DNA from: Eledone cirrhosa
Taxonomy: Eukaryota
Direction: 5' to 3'
Assembly (NCBI GenBank): GCA_964016885.1
Contig: OZ024741.1
Location: 372,496,001 to 372,560,000 of the forward strand
Length of the DNA stretch: 64,000 nucleotides
Of the stretch, positions 24,859-37,090 are shown one piece after another. Both the position numbers and the translations under genes were made by a program. The notes under the pieces are model-generated. The model worked only from the letters and a program-made list of their open reading frames with translations, did not search any database and was not told the DNA's origin. The stretch's first letter is position 1. Each line of letters opens with the position of its first letter.

Positions 24859-25149
24859 CAGTCGTGGGCAACCTGCGGCCCGCGAAGCTTTCTGAGTGGC
24901 TCGCCTAAGTCACCTAAGTGAAATCTTTCTGATTTTTTTATCCCAACTTTTCAGTCGTAATTTATCTTTCTATCATTTTTACGATCGAGGAAAACAACGT
25001 GTACGAATTCTGAAGAAACAAATCGAAACAACCTAAGTTACCGCCCTTCTTTTTAATGTGGGCACGAATGTAAATTAGAGCTTGTGGCCCGCCTGATGAT
25101 AAGCCATATATCATGCGTCTTGCTTCTCGAAAAATGTTGCCCATGCCTA
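24859..25149. mobile_element. hAT (Charlie-like) MITE
   Basis: TIRs CAGTCGTGGGCAAC / GTTGCCCATGCCTA; perfect 8-bp TSD ATCTAGTG; GCGGCCCGC subterminal motifs. Confidence 0.9.
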
Positions 25150-25285
25150 ATCTAGTGTATTGCTGCCGGTCTGAAGCAGGAAAACGGCCGCCGGAATACA
25201 CGTATTTTTTCTCCAAAATATGTGTTCCTGTTCCTTCCTCTAGTCACTTTCTATCTTTCTATTTCATCTTTTATTTCTCATTCTA

Positions 25286-25321
25286 TCTTCTGGTGAAGGT
25301 CGAGTGTCCGAAACGTTAAGA
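25286..25321 (+). ncRNA. Degenerate minimal hammerhead (A6G)
   Basis: TCTT CTGGTGA AGG-TCGAGTGT-CC GAAA CG TT AAGA. Confidence 0.5.
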
Positions 25322-25411
25322 CTCTGTTCTTACTATATCAAGTGTTAGGCTAATATATTTCTTCATTGTACTGTGTCGTTTGCTTAGTTATTTCTGTTTA
25401 CCTTTCGCATA

Positions 25412-28400
25412 CATATTCTAGGGTGTTGCTGTAGATGTAAGACAGAATATTCTAATGTGTTACTGTAGATGTAAGACAGAATATTCTAGTGTGTTGTTGT
25501 AGATGTAAGACAGCATATTCTAGGGTGTTGCTGTAGATGTAAGACAGAATATTCTAGTGTGTTGCTGTAGATGTAAGACAGCATATTCTAGTGTGTTGTT
25601 GTAGATGTAAGACAGCATATTCTAGGGTGTTGCTGTAGATGTAAGACAGAATATTCTAATGTGTTACTGTAGATGTAAGACAGAATATTCTAGTGTGTTG
25701 CTATAGATGTAAGACAGCATATTCTAGTGTGTTGCTATAGATGTAAGACAGCATATTCTAGTGTGTTGCTGTAGATGTAAGACAGAATATTCTAGTGTGT
25801 TGCTGTAGATGTAAGACAGTATATTCTAGTGTGTTACTGTAGATGTAAGACAGCATATTCTACTGTGTTGCTATAGATGTAAGACAGCATATTCTAGTGT
25901 GTTGCTATAGATGTAAGACAGCATATTCTAGTGTGTTGCTGTAGATGTAAGACATAATATTCTAGTGTGTTGTTGTAGATGTAAGACAGCATATTCTAGG
26001 GTGTTGCTGTAGATGTAAGACAGAATATTCTAATGTGTTACTGTAGATGTAAGACAGAATATTCTAGTGTGTTGTTGTAGATGTAAGACAGAATATTCTA
26101 GTGTGTTGCTATAGATGTAAGACAGAATATTCTAGTGTGTTGCTGTAGATGTAAGACATAATATTCTAGTGTGTTGCTATAGATGTAAGACAGCATATTC
26201 TAGTGTGTTGCTATAGATGTAAGACAGCATATTCTAGTGTCTTAAAGTAGATGTAAGACAGCATATTCTAGGGTGTTGCTGTAGATGTAAGACAGAATAT
26301 TCTAATGTGTTACTGTAGATGTAAGACAGAATATTCTAGTGTGTTGCTATAGATGTAAGACAGCATATTCTAGTGTGTTGCTATAGATGTAGGACAGCAT
26401 ATTCTAGTGTGTTGCTGTAGATGTAAGACAGAATATTCTAGTGTGTTGCTGTAGATGTAAGACAGTATATTCTAGTGTGTTACTGTAGATGTAAGACAGC
26501 ATATTCTAGTGTGTTGCTATAGATGTAAGACAGCATATTCTAGTGTGTTGCTATAGATGTAAGACAGCATATTCTAGTGTGTTGCTGTAGATGTAAGACA
26601 TAATATTCTAGTGTGTTGTTGTAGATGTAAGACAGCATATTCTAGGGTGTTGCTGTAGATGTAAGACAGAATATTCTAATGTGTTACTGTAGATGTAAGA
26701 CAGAATATTCTAGTGTGTTGTTGTAGATGTAAGACAGAATATTCTAGTGTGTTGCTATAGATGTAAGACAGAATATTCTAGTGTGTTGCTGTAGATGTAA
26801 GACATAATATTCTAGTGTGTTGCTATAGATGTAAGACAGCATATTCTAGTGTGTTGCTATAGATGTAAGACAGCATATTCTAGTGTCTTAAAGTAGATGT
26901 AAGACAGCATATTCTAGTGTGTTACTGTAGATGTAAGACAGAATATTCTAGTGTGTTGCTGTAGATGTAAGACAGAATATTCTACTGTGTTGCTATAGAT
27001 GTAAGACAGCATATTCTAGGGTGTTACTGTAGATGTAAGACAGCATATTCTAGTGTGTTGCTATAGATGTAAGACAGAATATTCTAGTGTGTTGTTGTAG
27101 ATGTAAGACAGCATATTCTAGGGTGTTGCTGTAGATGTAAGACAGAATATTCTAATATGTTACTGTAGATGTAAGACAGCATATTCTAGTGTGTTACTCT
27201 GGATGTAAGACAGCATATTCTAGTGTTGCTATAGATGTAAGACAGCATATTCTAGGGTGTTGCTGTAGATGTAAGACAGCATATTCTAGTGTGTTGTTGT
27301 AGATGTAAGACATAATATTCTAGTGTGTTGCTGTAGATGTAAGACAGAATATTCTAGGGTGTTACTGTAGATGTAAGACAGAATATTCTAGTATGTTGCT
27401 ATAGATGTAAGACAGAATATTCTAGTGTGTTGCTATAGTTGTAAGACAGAATATTCTAGTGTGTTACTGTAGATGTAAGACAGCATATTCTAGTGTGTTG
27501 TTGTAGATGTAAGACATAATATTCTAGTGTGTTGCTGTAGATGTAAGACAGAATATTCTAGGGTGTTACTGTAGATGTAAGACAGAATATTCTAGTATGT
27601 TGCTATAGATGTAAGACAGAATATTCTAGTGTGTTGCTATAGATGTAAGACAGAATATTCTAGTGTGTTACTGTAGATGTAAGACAGCATATTCTAGTGT
27701 GTTGCTGTAGATGTAAGACATAATATTCTAGTGTGTTGTTGTAGATGTAAGACATAATATTCTAGTGTGTTACTGTAGATGTAAGACAGAATATTCTAGG
27801 GTGTTACTGTAGATGTAAGACAGAATATTCAAATGTGTTGCTATAGATGTAAGACATAGTATTCTAGTGTGTTGCTATAGATGTAAGACAGAATATTCTA
27901 GTGTGTTGCTATAGATGTAAGACAGAATATTCTAGTGTGTTGCTATAGATGTAAGACATAATATTCTAATGTGTTACTGTAGATGTAAGACAGCATATTC
28001 TAGTGTGTTGTTGTAGATGTGAGACAGAATATTCTAGTGTGTTACTGTAGATGTAAGACATAATATTCTAGTGTGTTGCTACAGATGTGAGACAGAATAT
28101 TCTAGTGTGTTACTGTAGATGTAAGACAGAATATTCTAGTGTGTTGCTGTAGATGTAAGACATAATATTCTAGTGTGTTGCTACAGATGTGAGACAGAAT
28201 ATTCTAGTGTGTTGCTACAGATGTGAGACATAATATTCTAGTGTGTTGCTGTAGATGTAAGACAGAATATTCTAGTGTGTTGCTACAGATGTGAGACATA
28301 ATATTCTAGTGTGTTACTGTAGATGTAAGACAGCATATTCTAGTGTGTTGCTATAGATGTAAGACAGCATATTCTAGTGTGTTGCTATAGATGTAAGCCA

Positions 28401-31400
28401 TAATATTCTAGTGTGTTGCTGTAGATGTAAGACAGAATATTCTAGTGTGTTGCTATAGATGTAAGACATAATATTCTGGTGTGTTGCTATAGATGTAAGA
28501 CAGAATATTCTAGTGTGTTGCTGTAGATGTAAGACATAATATTCTAGTGTGTTACTGTAGATGTAAGACATAATATTCTAGTGTGTTGCTATAGATGTAA
28601 GACATAATATTCTAGGGTGTTGCTGTAGATGTAAGACATAATATTCTAGTGTGTTACTGTAGATGTAAGACAGCATATTCTAGTGTGTTGCTGTAGATGT
28701 AAGACATAATATTCTAGGGTGTTGCTGTAGATGTAAGACAGAATATTCTAGGGTGTTGCTGTAGATGTAAGACAGAATATTCTAGTGTGTTACTGTAGAT
28801 GTAAGACAGCATATTCTAGTGTGTTGCTGTAGATGTAAGACATAATATTCTAGGGTGTTGCTGTAGATGTAAGACATAATATTCTAGGGTGTTGCTGTAG
28901 ATGTAAGACATAATATTCTAGTGTGTTGCTGTAGATGTAAGACAGCATATTCTAGTGTGTTGCTGTAGATGTAAGACAGAATATTCTAGTGTGTTGCTAT
29001 AGATGTAAGACAGCATATTCTAGTGTGTTGCTGTAGATGTAAGACAGAATATTCTAGTGCGTTGCTGTAGATGTAAGACAGCATATTCTAGTGTGTTGCT
29101 GTAGATGTGAGACAGAATATTCTAGTGTGTTGCTATAGATGTAAGACATAATATTCTTGTGTGTTACTGTAGATGTGAGACAGAATATTCTAGCGTGTTG
29201 CTATAGATGTAAGACATAATATTCTAGTGTGTTACTGTAGATGTGAGACAGAATATTCTAGCGTGTTGCTATAGATGTAAGACAGCATATTCTAGTGTGT
29301 TGCTGTAGATGTAAGACAGCATATTCTAGTGTGTTGTTGTAGATGTAAGACAGAATATTCTAGGGTGTTACTGTAGATGTAAGACAGAATATTCTAATGT
29401 GTTACTGTAGATGTGAGACAGAATATTCTAGTGTGTTGCTGTAGATGTAAGACAGAATATTCTAGTGTGTTGCTATAGATGTAAGACATAATATTCTAGT
29501 GTGTTGCTGTAGATGTAAGACAGAATATTCTAGTGTGTTGCTATAGATGTAAGACAGCATATTCTAGTGTGTTACTGTAGATGTGAGACAGAATATTCTA
29601 GTGTGTTGCTGTAGATGTAAGACAGAATATTCTAATGTGTTGCTATAGATGTAAGACAGCATATTCTAGTGTGTTGCTGTAGATGTAAGACAGAATATTC
29701 TAGTGTGTTACTGTAGATGTAAGACATAATATTCTAATGTGTTGCTATAGATGTAAGACAGAATATTCTAGTGTGTTACTGTAGATGTGAGACAGAATAT
29801 TCTAGTGTGTTGCTATAGATGTAAGACAGCATATTCTAGTGTGTTGCTGTAGATGTAAGACAGAATATTCTAGTGTGTTACTGTAGATGTGAGACAGAAT
29901 ATTCTAGTGTGTTGCTATAGATGTAAGACAGCATATTCTAGTGTGTTGCTGTAGATGTAAGACAGAATATTCTAGTGTGTTACTGTAGATGTAAGACATA
30001 ATATTCTAATGTGTTGCTATAGATGTAAGACAGAATATTCTAGTGTGTTACTGTAGATGTGAGACAGAATATTCTAGTGTGTTACTGTAGATGTGAGACT
30101 GAATATTCTAGTGTGTTGCTATAGATGTAAGACAGCATATTCTAGTGTGTTGCTATAGATGTAAGACAGAATATTCTAGTGTGTTACTGTAGATGTGAGA
30201 CAGAATATTCTAGTGTGTTGCTATAGATGTAAAACATAATATTCTAATGTGTTACTGTAGATGTAAGACATAATATTCTAGTATGTTACTGTAGATGTGA
30301 GACAGAATATTCTAGCGTGTTGCTATAGATGTAAGACATAATATTCTAGAGTGTTGCTGTAGATGTAAGACAGCATATTCTAGGGTGTTGCTGTAGATGT
30401 AAGACATAATATTCTAGGGTGTTGCTGTAGATGTAAGACAGAATAATCTAGGGTGTTGCTGTAGATGTAAGACAGAATATTCTAGTGTGTTGCTGTAGAT
30501 GTAAGACAGAATATTCTAGTGTGTTGCTATAGATGTAAGACAGCATATTCTAGTGTGTTGCTGTAGATGAAAGACAGAATATTCTAGTGTGTTACTGTAG
30601 ATGTGAGACAGAATATTCTAGTGTGTTGCTATAGATGTAAGACATAATATTCTAGTGTGTTACTGTAGATGTGAGACAGAATATTCTAGCGTGTTGCTAT
30701 AGATGTAAGACAGAATATTCTAGGGTGTTGCTGTAGATGTAAGACAGCATATTCTAGTGAGTTGCTATAGATGTAAGACATAATATTCTAGTGTGTTACT
30801 GTAGATGTGAGACAGAATATTCTAGCGTGTTGCTATAGATGTAAGACATAATATTCTAGTGTGTTACTGTAGATGTGAGACAGAATATTCTAGCGTGTTG
30901 CTATAGATGTAAGACAGCATATTCTAGTGTGTTGCTGTAGATGTAAGACAGCATATTCTAGTGTGTTGTTGTAGATGTAAGACAGAATATTCTAGGGTGT
31001 TACTGTAGATGTAAGACAGAATATTCTAATGTATTACTGTAGATGTGAGACAGAATATTCTAGTGTGTTGCTGTAGATGTAAGACAGAATATTCTAGTGT
31101 GTTGCTATAGATGTAAGACATAATATTCTAGTGTGTTGCTATAGATGTAAGACAGCATATTCTAGTGTGTTGCTGTAGATGTAAGACAGCATATTCTAGT
31201 GTGTTGCTGTAGATGTAAGACATAATATTCTAGTGTGTTACTGTTGATGTGAGACAGAATATTCTAGTGTGTTACTGTAGATGTGAGACAGAATATTCTA
31301 GTGTGTTGCTGTAGATGTAAGACATAATATTCTAGTGTGTTGCTATAGATGCAAGACAGCATATTCTAGTGTGTTGCTGTAGATGTAAGACAGAATATTC

Positions 31401-32170
31401 TAGTGTGTTACTGTAGACGTAAGACATAATATTCTAGTGTGTTGCTGTAGATGTAAGACAGCATATTCTAGCGTGTTACTGTAGATGTGAGACAGAATAT
31501 TCTAGTGTGTTGCTATAGATGTAAGACGTAATATTCTAATGTGTTACTGTAGATGTAAGACATAATATTCTAGTGTGTTACTGTAGATGTGAGACAGAAT
31601 ATTCTAGCGTGTTGCTATAGATGTAAGACATAATATTCTAGTGTGTTGCTACAGATGTAAGACATAATATTCTAGTGTGTTGCTATAGATGTAAGACAGC
31701 ATATTCTAGTGTGTTGCTGTAGATGTAAGACAGCATATTCTAGGGTGTTGCTGTAGATGTAAGACATAATATTCTAGTGTGTTACTGTAGATGTAAGACA
31801 GAATATTCTAGTGTGTTGCTGTAGATGTAAGACAGAAAATTCTAGTGTGTTGCTATAGATGTAAGACATAATATTCTAGGGTGTTGCTGTAGATGTAAGA
31901 CAGAATATTCTAGTGTGTTGCTGTAGATGTAAGACATAATATTCTAGTGTGTTGCTATAGATGTAAGACAGCATATTCTAGGGTGTTGCTGTAGATGTAA
32001 GACAGAATATTCTAGTGTGTTGCTATAGATGTAAGACATAATATTTTAGTGTGTTACTGTAGATGTGAGACAGAATATTCTAGTGTGTTGCTATAGATGT
32101 AAGACAGCATATTCTAGGGTGTTGCTGTAGATGTAAGACATAATATTTTAGTGTGTTGCTGTAGATGTGA
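25412..32170. repeat. 34-bp satellite, roughly 200 copies
   Basis: Unit AATATTCTAGTGTGTTGCTGTAGATGTAAGACAG with a few variable sites. Confidence 0.98.
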
Positions 32171-32904
32171 GGTAGAGCCAATCTCTGCGAAATTTGAACT
32201 CCCCATTGTATTCTACTCAGCTTCTAGAATGTTCCACCTCACTGACTTTGAACTATAATTCATAAAGAAAATATTTGAAAAGAAGGTAGCAGGACGCTCC
32301 CCCCACCACCACCGCACACACATACATACATATACACACACATATATATATGTGCATATATATATAATATATATATATATTCTATATATATATATATATA
32401 TATAAGTGTGTGTGTGTGTTTGTGTGTATACTGTATATATGTATATATATACACACATGTATATGTGTGTGTAGACACATACACATATCATCAGGTGTAT
32501 TAAATATCACCATACGTGTATAGGTTTTGTTTTAAATAGCAGCCACAAAGAAATTACAAGCTTAGAAGGAAAAACAAGAATTCTTTAACTTGTAAAGAAT
32601 GTACTTGAGGCGGGGGGCGGACCTTATTTTGCGAGTTTTTTGTCTAAGGTTCATGGTTTAAAAAATTGCTTTGGGATGCGGTCTTTTAACTGATTTGTTG
32701 AAAGATGAATTTGTCAATTTCCAGTCAACCAGCTTTCAAAGAGTTCGTCGTTGTTGGGGCTGTTGTTAGGAATGAATGAATTTAATAGTAAAAGAAATAT
32801 AGGTTCTTGTTTCTCACAGATGTTTTCAAAGATTCATTAAATGTAAATGTCATTATTTTGAAATTTTGCCAATTATGTCTTCGTTGGATTTTGTTCCCTT
32901 TTTT

Positions 32905-32944
<40 letters not shown>

Positions 32945-33121
32945 AAAAGAGCAGATAGAAAGTAAGGAAGAAAGAAAAAAAAGAACAGCTAGAAAAAGAG
33001 AAAGAAAAAAAGAAAGAAAGAAAAAAAAGAAAGTGAATGAAAGGAAAAAAGAAAAGGAACAGATAGAAAGGAAGGAAGAAAGAAAGCAAGAAGGAAAGGA
33101 AGAAAGGAAGGAAGAAATAAA

Positions 33122-33173
<52 letters not shown>

Positions 33174-33235
33174 AAAAAGCAAGAAAGAAAGAAAGAAAGA
33201 ATGAAAGGAAAAAAGAAAAAGAACTGCTAGATAGG
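32905..33235. repeat. (GAAA)n purine tract
   Basis: Seen directly. Confidence 0.9.
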
Positions 33236-33564
33236 AAGAATATAAGAAAGAATGTGAGAATGAACCCAAAGTGTGGTTTATGAAAGAAGAATTAAAAGAA
33301 AAGAGGAAGAAAAACGTTTAAAAGAATCTGTGATGTCAGAAGAGTAAGACAGGAAGGAAGAAAGTGAAAGAAAATTTAAAAAAAAGTGTCTGGGAAGAGA
33401 CAAAAAGAAAAAAGAAAAAGAATGGTCTGAGCGTCAGAATTTTTAATTTTTAATTGAAATTAAAATGGCGAGTTAGCAAAGTCGTTAGAGAGTTGGATTA
33501 AAGCTGGGGTGTGCAACATATTCCATTGGCGGGCCACTTTAGAACATTGGAACAACTATTAGTG

Positions 33565-34072
33565 CAGGGGTCGGCAACTTCTTTTCCTCCACGAGCCGCA
33601 TCGAGTATTAATGAAGGATAGCGGGCCGGACGAAGGCCATAAAAGAATAATTATGGAAAATTACACAAGCTAAAATTTAATCACTAGTGTTGACTATACT
33701 TAAAAATAATTTGTATTAACCACAGATGAATGTAGTAATGGAAAAACATCATTTATTCAATTTAAGACATCGTTGGAATCATTTGTTTAAAAAATCTTTA
33801 AAATACATAGCACAATTTTTAATTGTGTTTTTGCTGTCAAAGCGTTCACATCCGGTTGGTGGTGGACATTAGGTAGAGTGAATCAGTGGTGGTGTGGTGG
33901 ACATTAGGTAGAGCGGATCAGTGGTGGTGGACATTAGGTAGAGTGAATCAGAAGATTTGTGGAACAATGTACTTTTATTGTATTCGAAAGTCTCGTCTCT
34001 CATATTACAATAAATTTAAATAAACAACTCATTGGGCATCAGTTCTCGCGGGCCGTAGGTTGCTGGCCCCTG
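33565..34072. mobile_element. hAT non-autonomous element (inner)
   Basis: TIRs CAGGGGTCGGCAAC / GTTGCTGGCCCCTG; TSD TATTAGTG / TATTAGGG. Confidence 0.85.
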
Positions 34073-34100
34073 TATTAGGGCCATTAATATTTATTAAGCA

Positions 34101-34287
34101 AAGGGCGGTGAATTGGCAGTATCGGTAGAGGGTTGGACGCCATGCTGTCTAGCATAGTTATGTGCCTTTACGGTCTGAATTCAAATCCCGTCGAGGTTAA
34201 CTTTGCCTTTCATCCTTACGGGGTCGATAAAATAAAGTACCAGTAATGTACTGGGTAATTGCTGGCCTTGTGCCAAAAGTAGAAACA
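34101..34287 (+). mobile_element. SINE family A, full length
   Basis: A and B boxes and core; 18-bp TSD ATTAATATTTATTAAGCA at 34083-34100 and 34288-34305. Confidence 0.92.
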
Positions 34288-35179
34288 ATTAATATTTATT
34301 AAGCACTATTCCAAAGATTCACCACAACTTCTTTCCATAACATGGAACTGGGAAATTATAATACATAACCCTATCAGTGAAGCCCTTTCAACTAACAGAA
34401 AATTGTATTACGATTACGAAAAAAAATCTAAATAAGGCTAAAAGGTAAAAATTAAAAACGGTCATCGCGGGCCATTCTGACTGGTCTGGCCGGCCGGATT
34501 GTGGCCCGCGGGCCGCCTGTTGCACGCCCCTGGATTAAAGTGTTTCGACATGCGTTGTGTTCCGGCTGGCTGCATTTTAGGTTCAAATTGCGCCAAGGTC
34601 AACTTTGTCTAGGGTCAATTCTTCAACGTTCTCTCCCAGTCTCTCTATCAGTCTTTATTTCCCCCTCCTCCCTCTCTCCCAGTCACTCTCCCCTCTCTAT
34701 CAGTCTTTATTTCACCCTCCTACTCCTCCCTCTCTCTCAGTATCTGTCCCCTCTCTCTCCCTTCTCTATCAGTCTGTCTTTCCTCCTCCCACGCCTCTCT
34801 CTCTCTCTTTCCCTCTCTCTCTCGAATAAATCGACTGTGTTACAGCCTGGAGAGCAATGGGTTCCACCAGATTTTAAATGTCCAAGTTAACGCCGTGTGT
34901 CAGTACGGCGCCCTTACGACACCTTCAAGAATTAGGAGCACTATAAGTTGAACTTATGAATATGTATTTTTCGTAAAGACATTTTCTTAAGTTTAACATG
35001 TATCTCTATTTAATTCTATTATCTATAATTTACATTTTCTATCCCATAAATCAAGGTTCCCTAAATGTTTTAGGTCATCGACACTAAGTAATATCATTGA
35101 CCCCAGTCATGTACAAAATTAAATACGTAGATAATTAAACAGAATATAAAATAAATAGATCATACAGACTAATTATATA

Positions 35180-35365
35180 ATAATTGTTTCTACTTTTAGC
35201 ACAAGGTCACCAATTATTCCACTGGTACTTTATTTTATCGACCCCGTAAGGATGAAAGGCAAAGTTAACCTCGACGGGATTTGAACTCAGATCATAAAGG
35301 GTCTTAACTTTATGCTACGAGGCGTGGTGTCCGACGCTCTACCGATACTGCCAATCCACCGCCTT
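35180..35365 (-). mobile_element. SINE family A
   Basis: Complete head, core and tail. Confidence 0.88.
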
Positions 35366-35781
35366 CAAGTACCGAGATAATGATAAAATTAAAGTGAAAC
35401 TCAAATGTTATCTTTGTTTTTATTTTTTATGACCCTCCTAAAGTATAATTTCTTTTTCAACACAGGATTCCACATTAAGATTTTTGCAAAACAATCGTTA
35501 AAAAATCTTTATAAATGTTGTATTATTTCACGTGTTTTCATTTCTTATATAAATGCCAGGTTTGGGGCCCAAAAGTTGAATTGGCCACTTTGGGAAATTG
35601 GCCACTTTGCTTGAAATTATCTTAGAATGCAATAAATCACTTTTAGATTTATCGATATTAGTTTCCATTTTATCCAACAGGCACGTGACCTACCTCAGAT
35701 GTTGCAGCCATCTTTCTTTCAGTCGGCCATTTTAATGTAAAAACACATTCAATATTTTATTAAAATATATTAGGTAAATAC

Positions 35782-35950
35782 ATAATTGTTTCTACTTTAG
35801 GCACAAGGCCAGCAATTATCCAGTGCATTACTGGTACTTTATTTTATCGACCCCGTAAGGATGAAAGGCAAAGTCAACCTCGGCGGGATTTGAACTCAGA
35901 TCGTAGAGGGACGTAACTATGCTGGAAAGCATGGCGTCCGACCCTCTATA
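35782..35950 (-). mobile_element. SINE family A
   Basis: Nearly identical to 1714-1875. Confidence 0.88.
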
Positions 35951-36311
35951 GATACAAATAATCACAATTCATATAAAGAATTTATATTAAAACAAACAGG
36001 AGGACAGAAAAAAAGTGGGAGAAGACATGCACACTCAATCTCACGCCACATGAGATGCTTGAGTATTCCTCTAATAATTTTTTAGGGAAACTATATCCAA
36101 TTGGTCCTGTTCTTTTGGGTTGTTTTTTTTAAATAAACAATGAGAGTAATTTCAGGGAGATTTGGTTGTTACATCTAGCAGAGCGAATGACTATATAAAT
36201 CTATGGTTGGCTCGAATCAACATAAATTTTGTTTTGAGCTACAATTTAATGTATGATACGGATAAAATTTCTAGGAATATTTTAGCTTTCAGTCATTCCA
36301 TTCACCCTTGT

Positions 36312-36465
36312 AATATGATTTCTAGTTTCGGCACAAGGCCAGTAATTTGGGGGGAGGAGAAAGTCGATTAAATCGACCCCAGTACGTTACTGGTACTTTA
36401 TTTTACCGACCCCGTAAGGGTGAAAGGCAAAGTTAACTATGAACTCAAACCGTAAAGGACCGTAA
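36312..36465 (-). mobile_element. SINE family A, truncated
   Basis: Tail and core match. Confidence 0.8.
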
Positions 36466-36909
36466 AAAAATATTGAGATTTATTTTCTCCAATCATTCAA
36501 TTTCCATGTAATTCTCCATACTCTATGTAGCCTGCTCTTGAAATGTTTCCTTCACCTGGCAGCCTTGTGACAAATAAATAAAATCTGTATCTAGAGAGCT
36601 GCCAGGCGTTCGCCGCACTTTACCAGTTGGACAACGCAATAGGCGGCCAAAAAATAACACTTGATTTCTATAGAGGGTTAGTGGAGAATATTAGCGACGA
36701 TGGTTTGGGAGCGGTGATGGGCATCGACAAGGACAGTCAAAGTAGACCATTTTGGAGAACTTTCATGTCGGAAATTGTGAACAATTTCCAAAATCCTTGA
36801 CATGGCAGTACTACAGAAGGGTACTACCAGTACGAGACAAGCTCTACAGGAACGGATGAGTCAACAGCTGGACCTGTCCGAGATGCACATATATAAACAC
36901 CCGGCTTTG

Positions 36910-37084
36910 AAGCATAGAATTACGGCCCTTTACGTTATGAGTTCAAATCACACCGAGGTTAGCTTTGCCTTTCATCTTTACGGGATCGATAAATAAAGTA
37001 CCAATAACGTACTGGGATTGATTTAATCAACTTTCCCCTCCTCCCAAATTGTTGGCCTTGTGTCTAAATCAGAAACCATTATTA
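36910..37084 (+). mobile_element. SINE family A, 5'-truncated
   Basis: GAGTTCAAATC B-box, core and tail. Confidence 0.82.
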
Positions 37085-37090
37085 TCGGCC

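Larger units (their letters stand above)
33504..34532. mobile_element. hAT non-autonomous element (outer)
   Basis: TIRs CTGGGGTGTGCAAC / GTTGCACGCCCCTG; perfect TSD GATTAAAG. Confidence 0.88.
33466..34940 (+). mobile_element. Long-tailed SINE split by nested hAT elements
   Basis: Head at 33466-33503; B-box GGTTCAAATT and tail resume at 34541-34940. Confidence 0.7.

Noticed and set aside
25412-32170. CRISPR-like array (34-bp repeats)
   Set aside because: Units are contiguous with no unique spacers, there are no cas genes, and the context is eukaryotic.
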